Origin: an uncultured delta proteobacterium
GTDB taxonomy: Bacteria > Desulfobacterota > Desulfuromonadia > Geobacterales > Pseudopelobacteraceae
Direction of reading: 5' to 3'
Assembly: GCA_963772835.1 (NCBI GenBank)
Contig: CAVYYZ010000002.1
Coordinates: forward strand, 320,001-384,000
Length of the DNA stretch: 64,000 nt
Position 1 is the stretch's first letter, and the number at the start of each line of letters is the position of its first letter. A model generated the notes under the pieces. It had not been told where the DNA came from. It saw only the letters and a list, made by a program, of their open reading frames with translations, and made no database searches. Positions 1-10,238 of this stretch are shown here, one piece after another. The translations under genes and the position numbers were made by a program.

Positions 1-39
1 GCGTGATCGCCCACACAATTAATTAAAGGAGACGTATTC

Positions 40-555
40 ATGAAACACATCATTCTGGCAGGTATCGTAGCGGTATGCGTTATGTCAACTTCTGTTTTTG
101 CCGCAGAGCAGAAATTTGGATATATTGATATGCAGCGTGCCTTGAACGGTTCCGAGGCAGGAAAAGAAGCCAAGGAACAGCTGGCAGCTAAAGTCAAAAA
201 GTATCAGGACGAGATCAATGTAAAACAGGATGAACTGAAAAAATTGAAAGAGGAGCTGGAAAAACAGGGCATACTGCTCTCCGACTCCGCCCGTTCCTCC
301 AAAGAGAAGGATTATCAGAACAAGTTAAAGGACTTCCAACGATTCACCAAGGATGCACAGGACGAGCTGCAGGGAAAAGACGAAGAACTGACCCGCAGGA
401 TTCTTGAAGGGATGGAGAAGATCATTCAGGAGTACGGACGACAGAATGGATATACATTCATTTTTGTGAAAAACGAGAGCATGCTGTTCGTCGATGAGAA
501 AGCTGATCTGACCGGAGAAGTCCTGAAATTATTTAATATGAACAGGAAGAAATAA
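40..555 (+). CDS. skp: OmpH/Skp periplasmic chaperone
   Basis: Signal peptide, KFGYIDMQRAL motif, coiled-coil body, position upstream of lpxD, AGGAG RBS. Confidence 0.92.
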   Translation: MKHIILAGIVAVCVMSTSVFAAEQKFGYIDMQRALNGSEAGKEAKEQLAAKVKKYQDEINVKQDELKKLKEELEKQGILLSDSARSSKEKDYQNKLKDFQRFTKDAQDELQGKDEELTRRILEGMEKIIQEYGRQNGYTFIFVKNESMLFVDEKADLTGEVLKLFNMNRKK

Positions 556-558
556 ATC

Positions 559-1611
559 ATGACACAGTCACGAACAGTTTCAGAACTGGCTGAGTATCTT
601 GGCGGCGTTGTGCAGGGGGACGGATCGGTATTGATTTCCGGTCTGGGCGCCCTTGAAACAGCCACCCCGGACACCCTGACATTTCTTGCAAATCCGAAAT
701 ATGCTTCCAGAGTTTCAGAAACATCCGCCGGGGCCGTCCTTATGGCACCTGGCGGTGACCGTTACGGTCGCACCGTTATTGAAGTAGCCAACCCGTATCT
801 CGGTTTCGCCAAACTGCTGACACTCTTCTACACAACCCCTCACGAACCGGTGGGGGTTCTTCCGGGAGCCATTGTCAGTGATTCGGCCGTCATCGGCACC
901 GGTGTCAGCATTTATCCGGGAGCCTGCGTCGGCAGGAATGTTGTCATAGGCGACCGAACGGTGGTTTATTCAGGCTCTGTGCTCTACGACAATGTCATTA
1001 TCGGTGAAGACTGCACCATCCACGCCAATACCGTTATTCGCGAACGCTGCCGCATTGGCAGCCGCTGCATCATTCAACCCGGTGCGGTGATCGGATCTGA
1101 CGGTTTTGGATATGCCCCTGACGGCAGAGGCTACTACCGCATCCCGCAGATCGGCATTGTCGTACTGGAAGATGATGTGGAAATCGGGGCGAACAGCTGC
1201 GTAGACAGGGCCGCTATCGAAGTAACTCGCATTTGTCGCGGCACAAAACTCGACAATCTCGTACAGGTCGCCCACAACTGCCAGATCGGCGAAAACTGCA
1301 TGATCGTGTCTCAAGTGGGCATTTCAGGCAGCGTAAAAATAGGGAATCATGTCACTCTTGCCGGCCAGGTTGGCGTAGCCGGCCATCTCACCATCGGTGA
1401 CAATGTCCTTGTTGGCGGCCAGTCCGGCGTATCAGGTTCTCTGCCGGCAAATGCCGCATATAGCGGGACTCCTACCATGCCGCACAAAGAATGGCTGAAA
1501 TCTGCCATGGTTATGCCCCGCCTGCCGGAATTGAAAAAAACAGTTTCAGCCCTTCAGAAACGTGTTGCAGAGCTGGAAGCCCAAATAAACCCTAACAGTC
1601 AGGAGAATTAA
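559..1611 (+). CDS. lpxD: UDP-3-O-(3-hydroxyacyl)glucosamine N-acyltransferase
   Basis: Hexapeptide repeats, [19 protein letters not shown] motifs. Confidence 0.97.
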   Translation: MTQSRTVSELAEYLGGVVQGDGSVLISGLGALETATPDTLTFLANPKYASRVSETSAGAVLMAPGGDRYGRTVIEVANPYLGFAKLLTLFYTTPHEPVGVLPGAIVSDSAVIGTGVSIYPGACVGRNVVIGDRTVVYSGSVLYDNVIIGEDCTIHANTVIRERCRIGSRCIIQPGAVIGSDGFGYAPDGRGYYRIPQIGIVVLEDDVEIGANSCVDRAAIEVTRICRGTKLDNLVQVAHNCQIGENCMIVSQVGISGSVKIGNHVTLAGQVGVAGHLTIGDNVLVGGQSGVSGSLPANAAYSGTPTMPHKEWLKSAMVMPRLPELKKTVSALQKRVAELEAQINPNSQEN

Positions 1612-1612
1612 C

Positions 1613-2044
1613 ATGCAACTGGATATCAATGAAATAATGAAAATCCTTCCGCACCGCTATCCATTTCTGATGGTGGACCGTATAATCGAAGTGGAGCAGG
1701 GGAAACGCTGTGTCGGCATAAAAAATGTTACGATCAACGAACCGTTTTTTCAGGGGCACTTTCCCGGCCACCCGGTCATGCCGGGGGTTCTGATCATCGA
1801 AGCGATGGCTCAGGTTGCCGGCATAATGGCATATCTGGCATCCGATGAAGCAACCCGCTCCAAGGTTACCTACTTTCTTGCAATCGACAACGCCCGCTTC
1901 CGCAAACCTGTGTCTGCCGGCGATCAGTTGCGCATAGAGATAACAACAACAATGAACAGGAGAGGTATCTGGGGAGTATCCGGCAAAGCGTTTGTCGGCG
2001 ATGCACTGGTAACCGAGGCCGATCTTAAGGCTACGTTTGCGTAA
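1613..2044 (+). CDS. fabZ: 3-hydroxyacyl-ACP dehydratase
   Basis: LPHRYPFLMVD, FFQGHFP, PGVLIIEAMAQ motifs. Confidence 0.97.
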   Translation: MQLDINEIMKILPHRYPFLMVDRIIEVEQGKRCVGIKNVTINEPFFQGHFPGHPVMPGVLIIEAMAQVAGIMAYLASDEATRSKVTYFLAIDNARFRKPVSAGDQLRIEITTTMNRRGIWGVSGKAFVGDALVTEADLKATFA

Positions 2045-2244
2045 TCACCGGCCTCAGGTAAACAGGGCATATGAATAAATAGTGTACGCCCTCCACGATA
2101 ACAAGGGTTCGTATATTCAATACATGAACTCTGGAAAGCAGAGCCGTTTCGCACGTAGTAGTAAAAGAAGTAAAATAACTTGTAACGAACCTAATAACAT
2201 TCTGATCCCTCCTTTTGTGAAGGGGGACTGACAGGAGAAACATC

Positions 2245-3027
2245 ATGATCCACCCGACTGCGATAATCGATCCAACAGCCAACCTGGCTACAGACGTAGA
2301 AGTCGGCCCTTACGCCATCATCGGCAAACATGTGACGATCGGCAAAGGGACGATTGTCGGCGCTCATGCTATCATTGGTAACTGGACTGAAATCGGTGAG
2401 AATAACCAGATTTTTCACCAGTCATCGGTCGGAGCACCGCCGCAGGATCTCAAGTACCGTGGTGAAGAGTGCTGGACCAGAATCGGCGACAGCAACATCA
2501 TTCGTGAGTTCGCCACGATCCACCGGGGTACCGTTACCGGTCACGCAGAAACTGTCATCGGCAACGGCAACATGTTCATGGCTTATTCTCATGTGGCTCA
2601 TGACTGCCGTATCGGCAACGGCGTAATCATGGCAAATGTGGCGACCCTGGCGGGACACGTTACCATTGAGGACAACGTCATCATCGGCGGTCTGGTTGCC
2701 GTTCACCAGTTTACTTCCATCGGAATGAATGCAATGGTTGGTGGCGGTACAATGGTTAGTCTGGACATACTCCCCTATGCGATAGCTACCTCCGCCCGAC
2801 GTCGTGACACCAAACTGCGCGGACTGAACCTGATCGGCCTCAAGCGGCGCGGATTCTCCGCTGAGACAATCAACAATCTGAAAAAAGCATATAAGACTCT
2901 CTTCATGGCCGGCCTCAAGCAGGCAGAGGCTGTTTCCCGCATTAAAACTGAAATAACCGGGTGCCCTGAAGTCGATTATCTGCTTGCCTTTATTGAAAAT
3001 TCAAAACGCGGAATCTGTCGCGGATGA
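2245..3027 (+). CDS. lpxA: Acyl-ACP--UDP-N-acetylglucosamine O-acyltransferase
   Basis: IHPTAII start, PQDLKY, HVAHDC, VHQF, GLKRRGF motifs. Confidence 0.97.
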   Translation: MIHPTAIIDPTANLATDVEVGPYAIIGKHVTIGKGTIVGAHAIIGNWTEIGENNQIFHQSSVGAPPQDLKYRGEECWTRIGDSNIIREFATIHRGTVTGHAETVIGNGNMFMAYSHVAHDCRIGNGVIMANVATLAGHVTIEDNVIIGGLVAVHQFTSIGMNAMVGGGTMVSLDILPYAIATSARRRDTKLRGLNLIGLKRRGFSAETINNLKKAYKTLFMAGLKQAEAVSRIKTEITGCPEVDYLLAFIENSKRGICRG

Positions 3028-3968
3028 GTGTCCTGAAAACGGCCGTTATAGGTGTCGGCTACCTTGGAAACTTTCATGCCCAGAAGTATGCCGCCATTCA
3101 GGATGTCGAACTGGTCGGGGTCGTGGATAGTGATCCAAAACGTGCGGCTGAGATTGCCGCAGCGCTGGGAACCCGGGCATTCAGCGATCATCGTGAACTG
3201 ATAGGAAAAGTAGATGCTGTCAGCGTTGTAGTTCCAACACAATTCCATCACACTGTGGCGCGTGATTTTCTTGCTGCGGGGGTGCATGTCCTGATCGAAA
3301 AGCCGATTACCGTCACGATTGAAGAAGCGGATGAACTGATTGCACTGGCGGATGAAAACAGGCTGGTTTTTCAGGTCGGCCACCTGGAACGTTTCAACCC
3401 GGTTCTGCAGGCGCTAAACGGAGTTCTTCAGGAACCGCTCTTTATCGAATCGGTCCGCATTGCCCCCTTCAAACCACGCGGTACCGATGTAAACGTTGTT
3501 CTTGACCTGATGATCCACGATATCGAGATTATCCAGCATATCGTCAAATCTCCCGTAGAGAGGGTCGACGCCGTCGGTGCACCGGTTTTTACCGGCGAAG
3601 AGGATATCGCCAATGCCCGTATACTTTTCGAGAACGGGTGCGTTGCCAACGTTACCGCCAGCCGCATCAGCCTGAAGAGCGAACGTAAAATGCGTATCTT
3701 CCAGCGCAACGCATACATTACCCTCGACTTTCAAAACCGGAAGATGCTGGTAGCCCAACAGGGGGTCGGCGAATTGTTTCCGGGAATTCCCAACGTGAAA
3801 GTCGAAGAGCGTGAACTGGGTGAAGCAGATGCGCTGCGGAACGAGATCGAGTCCTTCCTGAACGCGATTCGCGAGAAGAAAGCACCCGAAGTGAGCGGCC
3901 GCGATGGCCGAATGGCGTTGGAAACGGCGCTCAAAATCAATCTCAGTCTTTACAGGAGACCTTCATGA
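3024..3968 (+). CDS. gnnA: Gfo/Idh/MocA oxidoreductase, probable UDP-GlcNAc 3-dehydrogenase (GnnA-like)
   Basis: GVGYLG Rossmann motif, EKP, DLMIHD; located between lpxA and lpxB. Confidence 0.8.
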   Translation: MSVLKTAVIGVGYLGNFHAQKYAAIQDVELVGVVDSDPKRAAEIAAALGTRAFSDHRELIGKVDAVSVVVPTQFHHTVARDFLAAGVHVLIEKPITVTIEEADELIALADENRLVFQVGHLERFNPVLQALNGVLQEPLFIESVRIAPFKPRGTDVNVVLDLMIHDIEIIQHIVKSPVERVDAVGAPVFTGEEDIANARILFENGCVANVTASRISLKSERKMRIFQRNAYITLDFQNRKMLVAQQGVGELFPGIPNVKVEERELGEADALRNEIESFLNAIREKKAPEVSGRDGRMALETALKINLSLYRRPS

Positions 3969-5059
3969 TACCGATGGTGGATCTGAAAACCCAATATCAC
4001 GATCTAAAAACGGAGATCGACCGGGCAGTACTCGATGCAATTGAGAGTACCCAGTTCATTCTGGGGCCAAATGTTTCCTCCTTTGAGAAGGAAACAGCAG
4101 AGTATCTGGGAGTAAAACATGCCATTTCCTGTGCGTCCGGCACTGATGCGCTGCATCTTGCCATCCTGGCTGCAGGGATCAAGGAGGGTGACGAAGTAAT
4201 TACCACTCCCTTCACATTCATCGCAACCGCCGAAGCGATCTGTTACGCGGGGGCCACTCCGGTTTTTGTCGATATCAATCCCCGGACCTTCAACATAGAC
4301 CCTGCCTTGATTGAAGCAGCCATTACACCCCGCACTAAAGCTGTTGTTCCGGTCCATCTTTTCGGACAACCGGCCGACATGACTCCGATCAAAGCACTCT
4401 GCCTCAAGCACAAGCTGATGCTGATTGAAGACTGTGCTCAATCATTCGGTGCGGCGGTTGATGGCGCAATGACCGGAACCCTCGGGCCTCTGGGCTGTTT
4501 CAGTTTTTTCCCCAGCAAAAATCTCGGCTGCTACGGTGACGGCGGCCTTGTCACCTGTGCTACTGATGAACTGGCTGAGCAGATCAAGGTGCTTCGCAAC
4601 CATGGCAGCCGGGTTCGTTACCACCATAGCGTAATCGGGTTCAACAGTCGTCTTGATGACATTCAGGCGGCCATTCTGAGGGTAAAACTCCGGAAAATTG
4701 ATGAATTCAACACCGGCCGCCGGCGCGTCGCCCACCTTTACTCAGAATTGCTTGGCGACATCGTGACCGTGCCGTATGAGGATGGCACAGGTGTTCACGT
4801 ATATCACCAGTATACCGTGCTGACTGATCGTCGTGATGCTATCATGGCAAAACTATCTGAAAAACAGATTTCATCCGCTGTCTATTACCCCATTCCCCTC
4901 CATAAGCAGGATGTCTTTACTGAAGCGTACGCCGGCATCGCTCTCCCGGTTGCAGAAAATGTTGCCAGCCGCTGCATGTCACTCCCGGTCTACCCGGAAA
5001 TGTCTGAAGTGTCGGTTCGTCTGGTCGCTCAGACCATTCGAGAGGCGTTGGTTGGATAA
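3965..5059 (+). CDS. gnnB: DegT/DnrJ/EryC1/StrS PLP aminotransferase, probable GnnB
   Basis: SGTDAL, EDCAQS, SFFPSKNLG motifs; overlaps the gnnA-like gene. Confidence 0.8.
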   Translation: MIPMVDLKTQYHDLKTEIDRAVLDAIESTQFILGPNVSSFEKETAEYLGVKHAISCASGTDALHLAILAAGIKEGDEVITTPFTFIATAEAICYAGATPVFVDINPRTFNIDPALIEAAITPRTKAVVPVHLFGQPADMTPIKALCLKHKLMLIEDCAQSFGAAVDGAMTGTLGPLGCFSFFPSKNLGCYGDGGLVTCATDELAEQIKVLRNHGSRVRYHHSVIGFNSRLDDIQAAILRVKLRKIDEFNTGRRRVAHLYSELLGDIVTVPYEDGTGVHVYHQYTVLTDRRDAIMAKLSEKQISSAVYYPIPLHKQDVFTEAYAGIALPVAENVASRCMSLPVYPEMSEVSVRLVAQTIREALVG

Positions 5060-5075
5060 CCACATCAGCCTACTC

Positions 5076-6253
5076 ATGAATACGCGTCGCATAATGATCG
5101 TGGCCGGCGAGGCCTCCGGAGATATCTATGGAGCAGCCCTCGTTCAGGAGGCATTAAAGCATGCCCCTGATCTGCATTTCTCCGGAATCGGCGGGGCCCG
5201 CATGCGTGAAGCCGGAGTAGAGACTCTGGTGGACTCTGCGGATATGGCCGTTGTCGGATTGGTAGAGGTAATCAAGCACTTTGATGTAATTTCAACGGCC
5301 TTCCGCACACTGAAACAGATCATCCTGAATTCCCCCCGGATCTGCTGATCCTGATAGATTACCCCGGATTCAATCTTCGTCTGGCCAAAATCGCCAAAAA
5401 AGCCGGCGTCAAGGTGCTGTTCTACATCAGCCCTCAGATATGGGCATGGAGGAAAGGACGGGTTCATAAGATCGCCCGGCTGGTCGACCATATGGCGGTT
5501 ATCCTCCCATTCGAAGCACCCTTCTACGAGAAAGCGGGAGTACCGGTAACTTTTGTAGGACACCCCATGCTTGATCTGGTCAATGTCATTTTTAACCGCT
5601 CTGCTGCCGCAGCCAGTTTTAATCTCGACCCATCACGTAAAATTGTCGGACTCTTTCCCGGCAGCCGGCGCAACGAAATTGAGCGACTCCTGCCGGTTAT
5701 AATTGCTTCCGGCTGTAAACTTAAAGAACAGTTTCCGGATATTCAGTTTATTGTACCGCTGGCATCCACCTTACAGGGAGATGACATAGTCTCACAGTTT
5801 GCTGCCGCGGATCTTGACGTCACGATAACACGCGACCGCATCCACGACATGATCCGGGCCTGTGACGCCGTAATCTCCGTTTCCGGTACGGTTACCCTTG
5901 AGATCGCTCTGGTAGGGACACCGATGGTGATCATATATAAACTCTCACCGGTTACCTATCAGCTGGCTAAACGACTGATAAAAATCGACAACATCGGTCT
6001 CTGCAACATTGTGGCAGGTGAAACCGTTGTCCGTGAATTGATACAGGACGAAGCGACCCCTGAAGCAGTTGCGGCGGAGGTCGGAAAGCTGCTTACCGAC
6101 TCTGATTACCATTCCGCAATTACTGACAAGCTTGGTGCCGTGCGTTCAAGGCTGGGCCGTGGCGGTGCATCGGCTAACGTCGCCCGTCTCGCTCTCTCGT
6201 TATGCGGCCGGAGCGTAAATACAACTACAGATGTCCCTGAGCTGCACTCATGA
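5076..6253 (+). CDS. lpxB: Lipid A disaccharide synthase, split by a 1-nt frameshift at the C6 run 5332-5337
   Basis: N-part IVAGEASGD...MAVVGLVEV in one frame; DLLILIDYPGFN, YISPQIWAWR, FVGHP, PGSR, SGTVTLE in the other. Adding one C to the run fuses them. Confidence 0.9.
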
Positions 6254-7164
6254 AAAAAGTTATCTGGATGATACAGGCGGCACTTTTCTATCTATTCACA
6301 CTTTTTGTAGCAACCCTCCCACGCTCACAATCAATCCGGATCGGCACAAAGACCGGCATATTTCTGTTTAATATTCTCCACAGCCGCAGGTCAATCGCGA
6401 TCGACAATATCAACAGGGCCCTCCCCTTCATGAAGCGCCACCCCTCCTGGACAGGGGCCTTTGAAACTGCTGATGAAATTGCTCTGGCGACGTTCATCAA
6501 TCTGGGCATCTCCATAGTTGAAGTATGCCGGTTGTATCACGGCAAAGGAAATAAGCTTATTGATTCGATGGAAGTGCATGGCCTGGAAAACTTCCGGCAC
6601 GCAAAAGACAAGAATAACGGCGTACTCTGTATCAGCGGGCATTGCGGCAACTGGGAGCTGATATCCCTTTCCTTTAAACAGCACCTGAATGCGAATGTAT
6701 GGGCAATCGCCAGAAAACAGAACAATCCATATCTCAATACTATCGTCGAAAAGATGAGGATGGGATATGGCAATAAGGTGATTTACACCAGAGCTGCCAC
6801 GAGACCGATCCTTGGCGTTATAAAAAGCAAGGGTGTCATCGGCATGCTGGTTGATCAGGCGGTCTTTGCCGACAACGGTGCCCTGATTGAGTTTCTCGGC
6901 AGAAAAGCATGGGCTAACAAAGCTCCGGTTATATTCGCTCACAAAACAGGAGTTCCGATTGTCCCCGTTTTCGGCTACAGGGAAAATGGCAGGCACATTT
7001 TGACTTTTCTCCCGGAGTACACACTGTGCGGTGACCGCACGGAAGAGGGTATCCACCAGGACATTCAGGCGTTGTCGCGTTATCTGGAAGAGTTTGTCTG
7101 CGCCCACCCTGCAGACTGGTACTGGGTCCATCGCCGCTGGAAACGGGCAGGAGAACCGGTATGA
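6250..7164 (+). CDS. lpxL: Lipid A secondary acyltransferase (LpxL/HtrB family)
   Basis: GHCGNWE, LVDQ, WYWVHRRWK motifs. Confidence 0.88.
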   Translation: MKKVIWMIQAALFYLFTLFVATLPRSQSIRIGTKTGIFLFNILHSRRSIAIDNINRALPFMKRHPSWTGAFETADEIALATFINLGISIVEVCRLYHGKGNKLIDSMEVHGLENFRHAKDKNNGVLCISGHCGNWELISLSFKQHLNANVWAIARKQNNPYLNTIVEKMRMGYGNKVIYTRAATRPILGVIKSKGVIGMLVDQAVFADNGALIEFLGRKAWANKAPVIFAHKTGVPIVPVFGYRENGRHILTFLPEYTLCGDRTEEGIHQDIQALSRYLEEFVCAHPADWYWVHRRWKRAGEPV

Positions 7165-7844
7165 GTCCTAAAACGCGTGATTTCGCACTTCCTGTTGTTT
7201 TCCTCATTCTGGCCACCATCGCTATTGCTGCGACCGGTGCCGACCTTCTCGTCTCCGCACCGTTCTGCATCAACGGAAAATGGCCGGTAGGGGAACTGCA
7301 GCCGTGGCATATGCTGTATCAGTTCGATAGATGGCCCGCGGTTATGCTTGCCTGTTCCGGTCTGGCTGCCGCTCTCATCGGCTGGTTCAGCAAGCGGCGG
7401 CGCAGCTGGGTCAGGCCGGGACTTTTTCTCGTTATCCTCCTGGCTCTTGGCCCCGGACTGATTGTAAATTCAGTATTCAAAGAATTTTGGGGGCGGCCGC
7501 GACCGAGGGAAATAGTCCAGTTTGGCGGCACGAAGGATTTTTTACAACCCTGGCAGAAAGGGGTGTCTCATGGCGGCCGCTCGTTCCCTTCAGGACATTC
7601 TTCAGCAGCTTTTTATCTGTCTGCGCCTTTTTTTGTGCTTAGACGTCGCAAGCCGCGAATGGCCGCGTGGTGGATGGCGGGTGGGCTCCTCTTCGGCATC
7701 CTGATGAGTATTGCCCGCATATCCCAGGGAGGACACTTCCTGAGTGATACTCTCTGGGCGTGGGGGATGGTCCACCTTTTGGCGGTGGCGCTTTATTACC
7801 TGCTGCGCCTCCATCATGATGAAACACCTTCTGCGGCTTCGTAG
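7161..7844 (+). CDS. PAP2-family membrane phosphatase, candidate lipid A phosphatase (LpxF/LpxE-like)
   Basis: KEFWGRPRP, SFPSGH, ARISQGGHFLSD motifs; multiple TM segments. Confidence 0.85.
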   Translation: MSPKTRDFALPVVFLILATIAIAATGADLLVSAPFCINGKWPVGELQPWHMLYQFDRWPAVMLACSGLAAALIGWFSKRRRSWVRPGLFLVILLALGPGLIVNSVFKEFWGRPRPREIVQFGGTKDFLQPWQKGVSHGGRSFPSGHSSAAFYLSAPFFVLRRRKPRMAAWWMAGGLLFGILMSIARISQGGHFLSDTLWAWGMVHLLAVALYYLLRLHHDETPSAAS

Positions 7845-7851
7845 CCGGGGT

Positions 7852-9135
7852 ATGTTTTTTTTCGCCTATAACATACTCTCCCTCTTCCTGCTGATTCCGG
7901 TCTTTCTGTTCAATATATTCCGTTCCTTCAATCTCGGGTGGCCGTTGGCGACTGCTGAGCGTTTCGGGTTTGTCCGTCAGGACAGGCTGGCAATAATAGC
8001 AGGTCGACCGGTTATATGGCTGCACGCCGTTTCGGTCGGTGAAATAATTGCATCAAGACCCCTTCTTAAAGCTCTCCGGAAAAGGTATCCCGGACATGCA
8101 ATCGTAGTAACAAATACAACCGAAACCGGTAAAACGACTTCTGCCGGTTTCCCGGAGATTGACCTCTGCCTCTACTTCCCGTTCGATTTTCTCCTTTCAG
8201 TGCGATCCCTGCTGCGCTCAGTCAGGCCTCAGATCATAATCGTGATGGAGACCGAAATCTGGCCCAATTTCAGCCGTCAGGCCTCCCTGCATAATGTTCC
8301 GCTGATTCTGGCCAACGGCCGCATTTCAGACCGTTCTTTCAACCGCTATCTCACATTCGGCTGGTTTTTCCGCCCCGCACTGCGCTGTTTTTCTGCGATC
8401 TGCATGCAGTCGGAAACCGGCCGCCAGCGCATCGCTGCTATCGGGGCTGTTCCGGAAACAATACGAATCACCGGCAACCTCAAAAACGACATTCCGTCTC
8501 ATCAGGTACATGAAGAAGAACGGAGGCGCTTGCGCCGTCGGTATTCGATCCCGGAGGAGGGATGTGTATTGACTGCCGGCAGCACCAGGGACGGAGAAGA
8601 ACAACATGTCATCTCCGCCTACAGGAAACTGGCTGAAGAGATCGGTAACCTGTTTCTCGTTCTCGTTCCCAGACACCCGAAACGAACGGGAGAAATAGCA
8701 GTGCTGCTTGAAAATGCCGGACTGCGTTACCATAAACGTACGGAACTTCAGGAAAACAGTCTGCTTCTGCATGGTGAAGTGCTTCTGGTGGATACCGTCG
8801 GTGAAATGATGAACCTGTATGCATTGTCAGATATTGCGTTTGTCGGCGGAAGCCTGGTACCACTCGGCGGGCACAATCTGCTGGAACCGGCTTCAGTGGG
8901 AGTGCCGTCGGTTTTTGGCCCGTATATGTCCAATTTCAGTGAAATCGAAGCACTGGTTCTGCAATACGGCGCCGGAATACAGATCCATACTCCTGAAGAG
9001 TTGACCGCTACCTGTCGGGCATTAATTACGAGTGAGGAACTGCGAAGAGTACTGGGGCAGAACGGCCTCAAATTGCTGCGGGACAACGGTGGCGCAACAG
9101 AGCGGCATATGCAGGTCATAGCAGGATATTTATGA
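7852..9135 (+). CDS. waaA: Kdo transferase
   Basis: WLHAVSVGE, METEIWPN, GSTR, VPRHP, GGHNLLEP; ATG at 7852 preferred to the ORF-track start. Confidence 0.95.
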   Translation: MFFFAYNILSLFLLIPVFLFNIFRSFNLGWPLATAERFGFVRQDRLAIIAGRPVIWLHAVSVGEIIASRPLLKALRKRYPGHAIVVTNTTETGKTTSAGFPEIDLCLYFPFDFLLSVRSLLRSVRPQIIIVMETEIWPNFSRQASLHNVPLILANGRISDRSFNRYLTFGWFFRPALRCFSAICMQSETGRQRIAAIGAVPETIRITGNLKNDIPSHQVHEEERRRLRRRYSIPEEGCVLTAGSTRDGEEQHVISAYRKLAEEIGNLFLVLVPRHPKRTGEIAVLLENAGLRYHKRTELQENSLLLHGEVLLVDTVGEMMNLYALSDIAFVGGSLVPLGGHNLLEPASVGVPSVFGPYMSNFSEIEALVLQYGAGIQIHTPEELTATCRALITSEELRRVLGQNGLKLLRDNGGATERHMQVIAGYL

Positions 9136-10220
9136 ACTCAACGATTCACACGTACTGGAGAGGAATCGCCTCCGGCAGTCGCACCGGATTGATCGACAAT
9201 CTGGGGCTGCTGATTCTCACGCCGGTGGCATGGCTGTATTCCTACGTTCTACAACTGCGGGCACAGATGTACCGGAGCGGCATTCTGAAGACGCACCACC
9301 TCCCCCGCCCGGTGGTTTCTATCGGCAATATAACCGTGGGGGGGACAGGCAAGACTCCTGTAACCGCCTACATTGCCCGGATTCTTCTGGCGCAGGGGTA
9401 CCGGGTGGCGGTACTTTCACGCGGGTATGGAGGGGCGTTAGAGGGGCAAACCAGCGTCGTCAGCGACGGCACCACGATTATGCTGAACGCTGCGGAGTGC
9501 GGAGACGAGCCGTATCTGCTGGCATCAACAGTCCCTGGACTTATGGTTGTGATCGGCCCGGACCGGTATGCTGCCGGTCTATTGGCACTACAGCAGCTTG
9601 CTCCGGATATTTTCATTCTGGATGACGGATTCCAGCACCTCCGCCTGCATCGCGACCTTAATATTCTGCTGCTGGACTTCTCCCGCCCGTTCGGGAACGG
9701 GCTGACACTGCCGGCCGGAATGATGCGGGAGCCTTCAACCGCTGTCCGTCGGGCTGACCTGGTGATATTTACGCGCGCCCCTAAAGAGACGACGATGAAC
9801 AGCGAGACGGGGGGAATTCCCGGTTGCGTATCGTGCCACACAATTGGTGATTTTCTCCCTTTCAACAGAAGTGCGGCCGTTCCGGCTTATACGCTCGCAG
9901 AGCAGAGTGTGCTGGCATTCGCCGGCATTGCAGACTCTGACTCGTTTTTTGCAGGATTGCGCGAACGTGGGCTTAATCTGGTTCACTGCCTCACATTCCC
10001 GGATCATGTCGTTTACGACAGTAACCGGTATAAAGAAATTGCCGATGCCATGCGGACAAGCGGAGCGGATATTCTGATAACAACGGAAAAAGACGGGGTG
10101 AAACTGAAGGGTTTACCGGAGGAGTATGCAGCCCGGACACTACTCGCCCGGTTGGATCTGACGATGAGCAACCCGGATCTTCTGAAAGAAAAACTGAACA
10201 AACTGCTTCAAACAAAATAA
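9132..10220 (+). CDS. lpxK: Tetraacyldisaccharide 4'-kinase
   Basis: GNITVGGTGKTP, SRGYG, GDEP, DDGFQH, TTEKD. Confidence 0.96.
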   Translation: MNSTIHTYWRGIASGSRTGLIDNLGLLILTPVAWLYSYVLQLRAQMYRSGILKTHHLPRPVVSIGNITVGGTGKTPVTAYIARILLAQGYRVAVLSRGYGGALEGQTSVVSDGTTIMLNAAECGDEPYLLASTVPGLMVVIGPDRYAAGLLALQQLAPDIFILDDGFQHLRLHRDLNILLLDFSRPFGNGLTLPAGMMREPSTAVRRADLVIFTRAPKETTMNSETGGIPGCVSCHTIGDFLPFNRSAAVPAYTLAEQSVLAFAGIADSDSFFAGLRERGLNLVHCLTFPDHVVYDSNRYKEIADAMRTSGADILITTEKDGVKLKGLPEEYAARTLLARLDLTMSNPDLLKEKLNKLLQTK

Positions 10221-10238
10221 GCGGTTTGTCCACTTTTT

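Noticed and set aside
2700..2765. Possible short-chain 'hydrocarbon ruler' Met in LpxA (GGGTMV)
   Set aside because: Counting from the HQF motif, the position equivalent to E. coli G173 is still Gly
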